This document shows, in pieces, positions 52,755 to 63,658 of a DNA stretch of 63,658 nucleotides. The notes below the pieces were generated by a model. It saw nothing but the letters and a program-made list of their open reading frames with translations, did not search any database and was not told where the DNA came from. Each line of letters begins with the position of its first letter. Within the stretch, counting starts at the first letter, position 1. A program made the translations under genes and the position numbers. Source of the stretch: Octopus bimaculoides (Eukaryota); assembly GCF_001194135.2 (NCBI RefSeq), contig NC_068989.1, positions 12,664,519-12,728,176 of the forward strand. The letters are read 5' to 3'.

Positions 52755-53010
52755 GGAGGCGCGTGGCCTAGTGGTTAGGGTGTCAGCACCCTGATCGTTA
52801 GATTGTGGGTTCGATTCCTGGACCGGGCGATGCGTTGCGTTCTTGAGCAAAACATTTCATTTCACGTTGCTCCAGTCCACCCAGCTGGCAAAAATGAGTA
52901 ATGCTGCGATGGACTGGCGTCCAGTCCAGCCGGAGAACACATACGCCGTTGAAACCGGGAAACCGGGCCCATGAGCCTAGCTAGGCTTTAAAAAGGGCGC
53001 ATTTATTATT
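52755..53010 (+). mobile_element. tRNA-derived SINE family C, full length (CORE-like centre)
   Basis: A-box tggcctagtggtt, B-box ggttcgattcc, cttgagcaaaacatttcatttcacgttgctccagtccac core, ctgcgatggactggcgtcc, (TTA) end. Confidence 0.9.
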
Positions 53011-53037
53011 TTCATATATATATATATATATATATAG

Positions 53038-53070
<33 letters not shown>

Positions 53071-53404
53071 TGTGTTGTGTGTGTGTGTGTGTGTTTGCGC
53101 GCGCGCGCGCGTATTCTGAGTATTCTAAATGTATTCTAATGTAATCCATATTGTCCTTTGCACATCCTATAATGTTATCTTTGTTTTTGAAATGAAAAAA
53201 TTGCAGGTGAATATGCTGATTAATTAATACATAAATTTGTATCCATTATATCTTTCTATTTTCTAACTCGATAACAATGTTTGATATTTTACGATATTTA
53301 GCATAATATATTGTATCGAAGAAATATATCTTCAAAATATAATATATTAAGCCAGTGTATCTTGGAGTAATATTTCCTATAAGAGGTTTAAATATCCTCA
53401 TTGT

Positions 53405-53459
<55 letters not shown>

Positions 53460-53469
53460 AGTGTGTGGC

Positions 53470-53570
53470 ATTTATTTATCGACCCCGGAATGATGAAAAG
53501 CAAAGCCGACCGCAGCAGAATTTGAACTCAGACCGTTAAAAACGCCAGCAAAAATGCTGCTAAACATATT
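53470..53570 (-). mobile_element. SINE family A fragment
   Basis: tttatcgacccc..atgaaaagcaaag..gaatttgaactcaga. Confidence 0.75.
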
Positions 53571-54794
53571 GGATGTCACATTGGTTTGTTAGTAGGGAAA
53601 CAAGCGAAGGTGTCTCTAATATTCTCTATGTTAGGGAAATTTCCTCACGTCCAAAAATCTTGCGGCAGTCATTCCTGAATAGCATTGTAATATTAATAAG
53701 ATGCAGTACTTAATGTCAGATTTTACCACACAGATTAGGTAATGTTGCTTCACTCCAATTCCCTAATATAAGTCCCATAGCAATAATTTAATACGTTATT
53801 ATTAAAATATATTTATAATTGCCGTCTTAAACAAAAAATGACTCTTACAATAAAATGTTCTAAATGCTATTTAGAAATGAAAAAAAAAAATGCTGTGTAA
53901 ATATGCGTAAATAATTCACAATGTGTATATGTAATGGTGGGGGATAAATTTCTTCTGCAGTATGTTAAATTATACGAATGGCTGATTGTGTTTGTGCTTA
54001 CACAGAAGAAATAATCTACTTATTGCGAGCTATAATTCCCTTCTATTTTGCCTGCCACCTACATATTAAACAATTTTTTTTCCTATTCGCCTCTATTGAA
54101 TTTTCCATTTATTTCAAGGAGCCATAATTACCAAGGATTTTAGTAATTGTTATTCCCATTTAAACATCAACAAATGTTCACTAGATTGAAGAAAAATATC
54201 CAAATAAATATAATCGCATAATAGGCTTTTTCTCCTTCTTCACTAAAGACCTGAAAGAAAATACCTCATTGAAAGAGCAGCAAAATTATTTTCGAACAAG
54301 TTACATGCAACAATTTAGAAGTTAAATCCATTTACAAGATAAATCTACATGCATGCTGAAATATTGTACATATAAATGCGAAAATGCAAACACACAATCA
54401 CGTACGCATAAACATAAATGCATGCGCGCGCAAGAGATTGTATGTTCGTTCTCGTATTTCCTTCGTCTCTGTGGATCTATCGATCAACATATTTATCACC
54501 GAAAGTATACGGTTCATTCATTTTAAAATTCTATTGCGCTATTTTTTTTCACAAATTCAAAGTATTGATTCATATGTATACATTCTTCTATTCTTTCGTA
54601 TGTACATACATGCATACATGCTCACATATACATATCTACGTACTCACACACACTCTCATGTACGCACAGGCTCATACACACATATGTGTGTGTGTGTGTA
54701 ATATATATGTATACACATATGTAAATATATGTATATGCATATGAATACATGTATATATATTATATAGATATGTAAATATATATATATAGACAGG

Positions 54795-54802
54795 TCTATC
54801 TA

Positions 54803-54888
<86 letters not shown>
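54795..54888. repeat. (TCTA)n(TC)n(TA)n compound microsatellite next to a gap
   Basis: Directly visible. Confidence 0.95.
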
Positions 54889-55429
54889 NNNNNNNNNNNN
54901 NNNNNNNNNNNNNNNNNNNNNNNNNNNNNNNNNNNNNNNNNNNNNNNNNNNNNNNNNNNNNNNNNNNNNNNNNNNNNNNNNNNNNNNNNNNNNNNNNNNN
55001 NNNNNNNNNNNNNNNNNNNNNNNNNNNNNNNNNNNNNNNNNNNNNNNNNNNNNNNNNNNNNNNNNNNNNNNNNNNNNNNNNNNNNNNNNNNNNNNNNNNN
55101 NNNNNNNNNNNNNNNNNNNNNNNNNNNNNNNNNNNNNNNNNNNNNNNNNAGATATTTGTCTTTAACATTCAGACAAGCAATTTCATAATTTAGATGGATA
55201 ACATGAGATATTATTCCATTCAAATAACCACATATTTATATTAAGATATAGCTGATAAAACTATAGAAACATAAGAATATAAACATAAAGATTATAATGA
55301 GTAACATGAAAGTAGAAAATATAGCTAAAATAGATTAAAGGAGGCGATTGAAAAGATCAGTCCAAACCTACGCCCATTTCAGAAAAGTTTTAAGGGGCTG
55401 TAGGAAATAGTCCCAGTTCAACACACTGC

Positions 55430-55650
55430 AATCATATTCCCAACGAATTAAACTTGAAATTCCTTAGAAATCCTCCTACTAATCTGGTCTTATTGAACTT
55501 CGAAAAGGATCTTATCAACATCGTTGAGAAATTAAAATTCGAAAGGATCACCAGTCCACTAAACAATAAAATCTCCCAAGTTATCGAGGCTATAAAGGAC
55601 TCTTCGAATTTGCATGTGTTATCTGATAAAATTCGAAATATCTGATCAAT
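55430..55650 (+). mobile_element. Penelope-like element relic, region N-terminal to RT
   Basis: LKFLRNPPTNLVLLNFEKDLINIVEKLKFERITSPLNNKISQVIEAIKDSSNLHVLSDKIRNI resembles PP...L..FE.DL...I..IKF....FQ..L...I..IK.S....V.ADKT.N of Penelope ORFs (recalled pattern). Confidence 0.6.
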
Positions 55651-57576
55651 TCTAACCGATAAATATAATAATCTAATACTGAAATAATTGAACTCTAAGT
55701 ACAAATTAGTCACTAATAACGCTCTTCAGGAAATTTCAGAAGAACCCCAATCGCTTTCCATAAACCGATGTTTCCGAAGAAAGTCTTGCAGTGTTGAGCA
55801 TACTATACATATATTTACGTTGAGTTTGTCTTGGGCAATAGTTTCCGCTGTCTCTCTCACATTTTAAAGATGGAGCTTTTGGCTAATATATTTTTTTAAA
55901 GTACAATGCATGTTTCTTCTTGGATACATCGTGTGCGAGTATGCTACTGATACGCTATAATGATATATATTTAAAATGGTAAGTGTGAGCTTCGCTTTGT
56001 GTCTCAGCATTTACTCACAGTTTGCCTGCGTGTTTGTGCATATGGTTAATAGATCGAATGAGTGTATATGAAACATGAGTATTGTGAGAGTGCATGAAAC
56101 ATTATTTGTTCTACTGATTTGCACCCATAATTCCTATTGATGCCGCCACAACCAACGGAAATAAAAAAGACAACGAACAATGCAGTCACGTACAGAACTT
56201 ATGCTCTCTTGTGAAGATATTCATAAACTTATGCGTTTTACTGTGTATCTGTTGACGTCTGCGTTTCTGCCTGCAACAGTCTTTTATGATTGCTTTGGCA
56301 TGTGTTTGTATGCTTTGCGTGAGTGTGTGTCTGTATACGTTGTATTGTTGTGGTGTATGTTCTGTTTATGTTTAAATGTGTGTGCATGTTCATGTGTCAG
56401 CGTGAGAATGATATAAATATCTTTTGATCCGATCCACCAGTACCATCAAGGGAAAAATTTATGTATTGTTGACAGAAACTCAATTTTAAAATATTGTTTG
56501 TTAAGCTGACACGCTCTTATAATTACTCGTAAAACATACCCAGCGCTCAAATAAAGCATACCTTGAATAATGAAGCCGTCGACACAAAAAATATAAATCT
56601 GTGTAGATCGGTGTTGACATATATGCATTTGTGCATGTTTGTTAGTCTATCTGGGAAGCTGTGTATTTCTGTGTTTGTCTTTATGTATCTCTATATGAGC
56701 GTCTATACGTGTTCCTCTATGTTTGCGTATATTGTGCATTTTAATGTGCAGCTGTATGTGTAGGAAGAATTAGGGCGTACGAGTATGCGAATCCGTTCGG
56801 AGAAAATTTCATGTGTGTGTAGCAGCAAGTGATTTGATTGGTTGAAATCATTGAATTAAATCCTGTTTATAAAATGCCATGCTTATTGGCGTCAACACTT
56901 TTGTTGTCGCAGATGCATGATAGAAAAGGAAGAACCAACCCATAATTCCACAAATATTACTTCGAGACATTAATCATTACACTTAAAGTTACAGTTAATT
57001 TTGTATTATAAAGTATACTTGCTTTGCAATGGAAGAAAAATGGCTGCTATTTATAGCATATCGAACACGTAAACCGTGGGTGTACTTACATATAAACTGT
57101 ACTGGATGGCTCTTTGTAGAGGCATGCGAAGCATGACTGAGTGGAATGAAAACGAAAGCTGATACAGCTATGCTTTTACATAGAGGTAAACACACACACG
57201 CAAGCATAGATTCTTGTCCATACGAACACCCCCTACACACACACACACATATATATATTTATTTATATTTATATAAGGGCATTACTACAGAATAATGCCA
57301 CACACTAGACTTCCTTAATAAACAAATTTTTACCGAATGCGAGGAAAAGCAACTCTTAAAAAAACAACCTTTTTTAAAAAAACAAACTCAACTATATATC
57401 GAACGATTTCACGATTACTAAAATAATAACTAGCTTTCGATAATCATTATAATATGGTGCAGATATATAAAAATAAACAAAATCCTCACCTTACCAAAAC
57501 GAACACCTTATGTATACGACATAGCAAACGAAATAATGTTTATCCCTTATATATATAAATGTATGTGTGTTCAAGT

Positions 57577-57672
57577 GGTACTCTTTTATCGATCCCGAAA
57601 GGATGAAAGGCAAAGTCGAACTAAGTGTAATTTGAACTCAGAACGTATAGACGGACGAAATACTGTTAAGGA
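57577..57672 (-). mobile_element. SINE family A fragment
   Basis: ttttatcgatcccgaaaggatgaaaggcaaagtcg..tttgaactcagaacg. Confidence 0.8.
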
Positions 57673-58093
57673 TTATCATCGTTGTAGGTGTGTTCACTTT
57701 TCCTTTTCCGTTTGTCATAAAATTGAGATTCCATTAATGTCACTGCCGTTCCTGTTGTTTTGCCTTTCTTTTATTTAAATATCTATTTCTGTTTGCAATC
57801 TCATAAAAGAGTAATATTCTTAAAAGTTTGAAACGACCTTCGTAACAACGATATTTCTATAATGCAGAGGGGATTTGATAGTGATATCCACACGTATTTT
57901 TTTTTTCACCAGAAAATAAGATTTCACATAAGCTCAGGCGTTTACTAGTTTGAGTTTTCAAATGGATGCATGCCAATTTATGGCGTGAGAATTTGATTGG
58001 ATTCTCAGTGAAATCAGCAATGAACGTAAATGAAAGACAGAGAAAGGGTTACAAAACGAAACAATTCACTGAAAAATGCATGCAGAGTAATAG

Positions 58094-58156
<63 letters not shown>

Positions 58157-58743
58157 TGTATATGTATATAAATATAAATACAATATACATTATATATAAA
58201 TATATTTATTTATATACATATATAAATATAATACACGTATATGTTCATACATATAGGTGTATATATTACGCAATATTTAGTGCATAGCACGCTACTCCCA
58301 ATTTCCTATATGTATTAGTTCCTATACCTGGTTGTCAAGGGTAGACACAATTGAATCTTAAAACCTAATCTACCGTAATGCTCACCCGCACACACGCACG
58401 CATACACGAGCATGCACACGCGTACACTTACGCGTACACACTGATATAGATTTCCTTAATAAAACACACACACATACATATATGCATTCATGAATCCGTA
58501 ATTCTTAATAGGACATGCAGTAGCCAATTGCATAAAATACAGCGCGAAAAGCGGGATCGTTGCAGATTCTCAGAACATTTTTCTTTGTCTAAATATCATA
58601 GTCTCGAGGGGTCTTCTGGAATATAATGATGACCCTTAGTCGATACTCTGTTCAAATTATTATAGAGTAGTGGAGTGGTTTTTGAAGAAGGTATAGCTAC
58701 TCATTTTTGATGTTGAAATGATCGCACAGAAACTGTATTTGTA

Positions 58744-58781
<38 letters not shown>

Positions 58782-58789
58782 TTAATATT

Positions 58790-59010
58790 TTCTCAGAAAG
58801 TCTTTAGCAGTTTTAGTAATGTGACCTGAATTTACAATAAGTTTGGAAACTGCTGCAATGATACTAATCCACAGAGCATTGCCAATGGATACACAGCGAT
58901 CGACTCTCGCTTTTAATAGAACAAATATGAAGAAAAGTGAATGAAGTCCGTCAAATAATCCTTCGGTCGAATAATTGAAAAGTAATGTAATTATTTGTAC
59001 AAAAGCAAAC
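58790..59010 (-). pseudogene. Possible GPCR TM3/ICL2 relic
   Basis: Listed ORF 58782-59012 contains SLFFIFVLLKARVDRCVSIGNALWISII, similar to IxVDRYxSIxxPL. Confidence 0.25.
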
Positions 59011-59459
59011 ATATAGACTACGAGACAATTACTCTGGTATAAGGTTATTTCACATGCTCTTATTCATTCGAAAACAATAATACAATTTCTGACTGGAGAG
59101 TATAATGTTTCATTTAAAACTATAATATATATTGTCTATCTTTGGAATAATGATACAAGATTTATACGTTACGTACAATAAAGAAAGAAATGAAACATCA
59201 CCTGAATTGCATGATGGCCAATAACATGCCATATTCAATGGTTCATAATCACGAAGAAAAGAAATAGAGCAAAGAACGACGATAATATTTTTTGTTACAT
59301 GAAACTTAACGAATGGAGATTACTTTTCACAACGTTCGTTTTACTGTAGACACGGACAATCTTTCATATACACACATACACAAAGTCAAACACACACACA
59401 TTCGCACACATACACACATGAACACATGCTCGCACATACATGCACATAAATATATAAGA

Positions 59460-59610
59460 GCAGGCGAAGCTGCGTGGTTAAGAGGTTCGGTTTGCAGGCA
59501 CTTAGTCCTTAGTTTAGTCCCGCTGCACAACACATTGGGCATGTTTCTTCCACTAATTCTTCCACCCATAAACTACATATGAGTGGATGTGGGATCCCGT
59601 CGTAACAGCA
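59460..59610 (+). mobile_element. SINE family B, degenerate head
   Basis: gcaggcgaagctgcgtggttaag...ttagtcccgctgcacaacacattgggcatgtttcttc. Confidence 0.6.
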
Positions 59611-60136
59611 TAAATATATCCATATATTTATACATACGCCAAACACACACACACACACACATACCTTTATGTATATAAGTGTATGTACTACGTGTGCAAT
59701 AATGAATATATGGAGACTGGGGAATCAGCATCTATGAGTGAAGAATGCAAGAATAATCTGCGCATTATTCATAATTCTTTTGAGTGACTTTATTAAATGG
59801 ACGCACTGCAAACATAAGCGTAAACAGGAAGCATTTATCTGATGTTATAACATTACTAGTGGAATTTTGGAAGGCTAATATATCTTTTTTTAACAAGAGA
59901 CATTTGGAAACAATAACGTCTTTATCGGTTTTGCTCGGATGCTAACTTAAAACAGAGGTATACCATCGATAATCGTATTGATACTCGATTTTTGTCTGTC
60001 TCTCACATACTCATAATCTCGCACGGATGCTTTATTAGATGAAACTTATAGCCTGCAAACTGTTATTAAGCATGGTTTTATAATTAGTAAACTATTGTAT
60101 AATTTGTTCTATGCTCTACAACTGGCTAACCAAACG

Positions 60137-60330
60137 TACGAGAGTGATCTGAAAAGTCCCTGGTTTTGGGTAAATGAAAATACAAGATCAGATAACTCTG
60201 ATGTTAATCAACAAATGGCCGTCTCATATTCACACACTTATTACAGCAGTTCTTCAGTTTTACTAACCTTTGTAAAAGGACCCAGAAGGCTGGGCCCCGA
60301 AATTGGCCTTTCGGGATACCCTTAATGTAA
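60137..60330 (+). mobile_element. Probable mariner 5' end (TIR and leader)
   Basis: TA-cgagagtgatctgaaaagtccctgg resembles mariner TIRs (tacgagggtxxtctgaaaagt); no transposase recognised downstream. Confidence 0.4.
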
Positions 60331-60543
60331 GGAAGTTTTCACCACCTTTTCGTGTTCTTGGTGCGTTTAACATTTTTTGTCTGGATGCTATTATAATTCA
60401 ACGCTGCTTTTAGCCTAATTGAATGATTTTAGTGAACGGATAGGATGATTTTCCCAATACATTATTCACTATCTTTATCCCGCCCCGGAACAATATTTCC
60501 CAGCTTAACATAATATACTTCAGGCATACGGATATACATGCAA

Positions 60544-60691
60544 ATACAGTTCTATATTTAAGAGATGAGGAATTATGTACATTATTTACATTATTTACAA
60601 TTGAAGGATATTTGTCCTCATCTTGTTTGGCGTAGTGCTTAAGAGCGCGGGCTACTAACCCCAAGATTCCGAGTTCGATTCCAGGCAGTAT

Positions 60692-60726
<35 letters not shown>

Positions 60727-60879
60727 TCGAAAAATACCTTAGAAATGAGAACCCAGGTTCGAAATTTCCCCAAGACAGCTCATGAAGGCTAGAGGGTATA
60801 TCAGCCGAAACGTTGTGTTAACAACAAACAAGATGAGGACAAATATCCGTCAAAGGTAAATAATGTAAATAATGTACAT
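60544..60879 (+). mobile_element. tRNA-headed hammerhead-bearing element (copy 2), preceded by an inverted copy of its own tail
   Basis: Inverted tail 60544-60629; 5'-clipped tRNA head from 60630 (gcgtagtgcttaag..gagttcgattcc); (AAT)n; hammerhead 60774-60819 with mutated core CTCATGA, stem II GGCT..AGCC, GAAAC GTT GTGTT. Confidence 0.85.
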
Positions 60880-61074
60880 GCCAATATTGATACGTGTGCA
60901 CTTACACACATGTGTGTGTACACGAGTATGTATACATGTGTGTGCCTGTGTGAATACACACATATACACACATATACACATATATGGATTTGTATATATA
61001 TATATGCATCCGAGTGTGTGCACATCTCAAACTTCGTATGGATGTAAATATAATCAGGTGCATTATCGTTGATG

Positions 61075-61130
61075 TTACTACTACTACGACGACGACGATG
61101 ATTACTACTACCACTACTACCAACACTACG

Positions 61131-61161
<31 letters not shown>

Positions 61162-61177
61162 GTACTACTACTACTAG

Positions 61178-61219
<42 letters not shown>

Positions 61220-61220
61220 G
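61075..61220. repeat. (ACT)n tract
   Basis: Directly visible. Confidence 0.95.
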
Positions 61221-61409
61221 TCAATAATTAGTAGATTTTACTGCTGTTCTCATCATCACCTTCATAATAATTAGTGTGAATATTAACATTAAACTTTCTC
61301 CAAATTTACACGCGTTGAAACGTTCCAGGCAATACATTGGAACCCTTTTCTTGAATGCATAACACGGCATCTCCTTACATATGCCTACGCATACACACGC
61401 ACACATAAT

Positions 61410-61429
61410 GTAGATAGATAGATAGATAT

Positions 61430-61481
<52 letters not shown>

Positions 61482-61500
61482 GTAGATAGATAGATAGATT

Positions 61501-61554
<54 letters not shown>

Positions 61555-61555
61555 A
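61410..61555. repeat. (GATA)n tract
   Basis: Directly visible. Confidence 0.95.
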
Positions 61556-61950
61556 GCAGTATAGACTGAAGATTCTCATTGGGTTGTTTAACAGTGTTGC
61601 TTCTCCACATCCGACATCGATATAGCTAAGCTGAAATACGTAAACATGTTTCTCTCCTAATAAGCAGACGATTGGTGAGGAAAACTCTCAAAACATCTAT
61701 AATCTGGTGCTTTTGCATCTGAACACAGCTGGCTGTAACAGCGTAGGATGTGATGCATACAAAAAAATGGCTTTAATAAACGGTTTTAGATTAATTTAAA
61801 CAGTTCAACGAGTATATACATGTGCAGGAACATAAATGCTGATTTTTGAAACGTTAACGATAGTCAAAATGGCGATGATGGTGTTAACAACAACCAAAGA
61901 AAAATTCTACATTGTCAACAACAACTATTTCCAGTAAAAATAGTAGTAGT

Positions 61951-62370
61951 AATAATCCTTTCTATCATAGGCACAAGAACTGAAATTTTGAGACAGGGGA
62001 CGAGTCGATTACATCGACCCAGCGTTTCACTTGTACTTAATTTATCGATCTCGATAGGATGCAAAGCAAATTCGACCTCGTCAGAATTTGAACCCAAAAC
62101 GTAGCAACCGGCGAAATATCGGTAAGCATTTCTTGCAGCGTCCTAACGATTCTTATTTCTTTATTGCCCACAGGGGGCTAAACATAGGAAAGACAAAGGG
62201 ATTAAGTTGATTACATCAACCCCAGTGCGTAACTGGTACTTAATTTATCGACCACGAAAGAATGAAATGCAAAGTCGACCTCGGCGGAATTTGAACTCAG
62301 AACGTAGCGACCGGCAAAATATCGCTAAGCATTTTCTCCAGCGTGCTAACGATTCTGCCAGCTCACCGCC
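61951..62370 (-). mobile_element. Dimeric SINE family A
   Basis: Same two-unit structure and junction (aataaagaaataa-gaatcgttag, near 62150) as 46621-46996. Confidence 0.9.
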
Positions 62371-62424
62371 TAATCGTAGTAGTAATAATGAGAGTAATAA
62401 CAATATATTTTCTACAGCAACAAC

Positions 62425-63090
62425 AATATTTTCTTACAATAGGAACATTGGCTGAAATTTCAGGAAGAGTTAGTCGATTACATCAACCTTTTTAATGGAA
62501 GTTTACTTGTTTTAAAGCACCAAAAATGATGGAAAGCAAGGTCGGCCACGTCGGAATTTGAATGTACAATCGGACGAGATCCTACTAGGCAAACCGCTCT
62601 GTGTGGTAACAATCCTGCGAAACTACAGTCTAATAGTAATAATCCTTTCTGCTATAAATACAAGGCCTGAAACTTGGTGGGAAGAGACTTGTCGTATGGA
62701 TCGACCCCAGTGTTTCCCTGGTACTTAATTTATCAAACCTGAAAGGATGAAAGGCAATGTGGACCTCGACGGAATCTAAACTCAGAACGTAGCGACTGGC
62801 GAAATTCGCTAAGCAATTCGTCCAGAGCGTTAACCATTTTGTTACCTCAACGCCTTTTTAGTACTAATAGTTGCTTCAAATTGTGACAAACATGCATCTA
62901 TTTTACGGGTAGAATGTTAGTCGATAACATCAATACCGGTACGTGGTTAGTAGTTTATTTTATCCTCCACAAAATGATGAAAAACAATATTAAACTGGTT
63001 GGCATTTGAATGCCTGAGGTAAAGAGTCAGCAAATATATCGTCGGATAATTTTTTGTGTCGCTGTAACGATTCTACAAATACGCAGCTTT
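62425..63090 (-). mobile_element. Three further co-oriented SINE family A monomers of varying decay
   Basis: Cores at about 62470-62560, 62700-62850 and 62920-63080, each with ggaatttgaa/ggcatttgaa B-box reverse complement. Confidence 0.7.
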
Positions 63091-63116
63091 TCTGCGACAG
63101 CAACAAAGGAAAATAC

Positions 63117-63177
<61 letters not shown>

Positions 63178-63215
63178 CGATGATGATGATGATGATGATG
63201 ATGGTGATGATGATA
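63117..63215. repeat. (GAT)n tract
   Basis: Directly visible. Confidence 0.95.
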
Positions 63216-63627
63216 ATCTTCTCTTATTCATAATCACACAATAGTCATATTGATGTTCACAACAAATACACTGCTATTACTATCATAATACAAATGGTTT
63301 TATTCATTGGTAACAAGGGCCAAAGATGATGGAGACATCATGAGAGTGAGATTATATATACATATGTATGTGTACGTGTGTGTGTGTGTATGTATGCATG
63401 TATGTATTAGTGTATGTAGGCATGTCTATCAAACGTGAAATAAGAAATTATTTCAGTAGTGATCTGCGTAGATTAAACGGATGAGATCAGAATTAATTAT
63501 TATATGTACACATAAATAAATGACAAGATAGAGTAACAGTCAAACACAACGTGAATATAACAAGGTGTACGTAATAGTGTGTCGGCGGTGGGCAACCACA
63601 CACTGAGTTGCTATATTGATGATGATA

Positions 63628-63658
<31 letters not shown>

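Noticed and set aside
470-55223. Long ORFs containing X runs
   Set aside because: They span N gaps and flanking microsatellites.
6044-61610. ORFs of poly-I, poly-M, poly-T, YIYI, HTHT, CVCV, YLSI, MYVC
   Set aside because: Translations of simple repeats.

Overview
AT-rich, intron/intergenic-type eukaryotic DNA with about 16 N-gaps, most of them flanked by microsatellites. The SINE families and microsatellite load look like a cephalopod, probably Octopus (inferred from recalled repeat sequences, not a search). I found no intact protein-coding gene, tRNA/rRNA gene or CRISPR array, and almost all listed ORFs are gap, microsatellite or repeat artefacts. Supported content: three tRNA-derived SINE families (many copies, including a recurrent dimer), fragments of RLE-type (R4/Dong-like), CR1/L2-like and Penelope-like retroelements, two Tc1/mariner transposase relics and a TA-flanked MITE with a triplicated interior. 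Two patterns stand out. (1) A tRNA-headed, non-coding element carries a minimal type I hammerhead ribozyme and sits behind an inverted copy of its own tail at both insertions (20239-20709, 60544-60879). It looks like a Pol III SINE/retrozyme hybrid mobilised by Penelope-like elements, and two unrelated hammerhead-like motifs occur at 11528-11564 and 39210-39252. (2) Several scattered, frameshifted stretches resemble class A GPCR transmembrane motifs, suggesting a decayed receptor cluster. This was read by eye and is unconfirmed.
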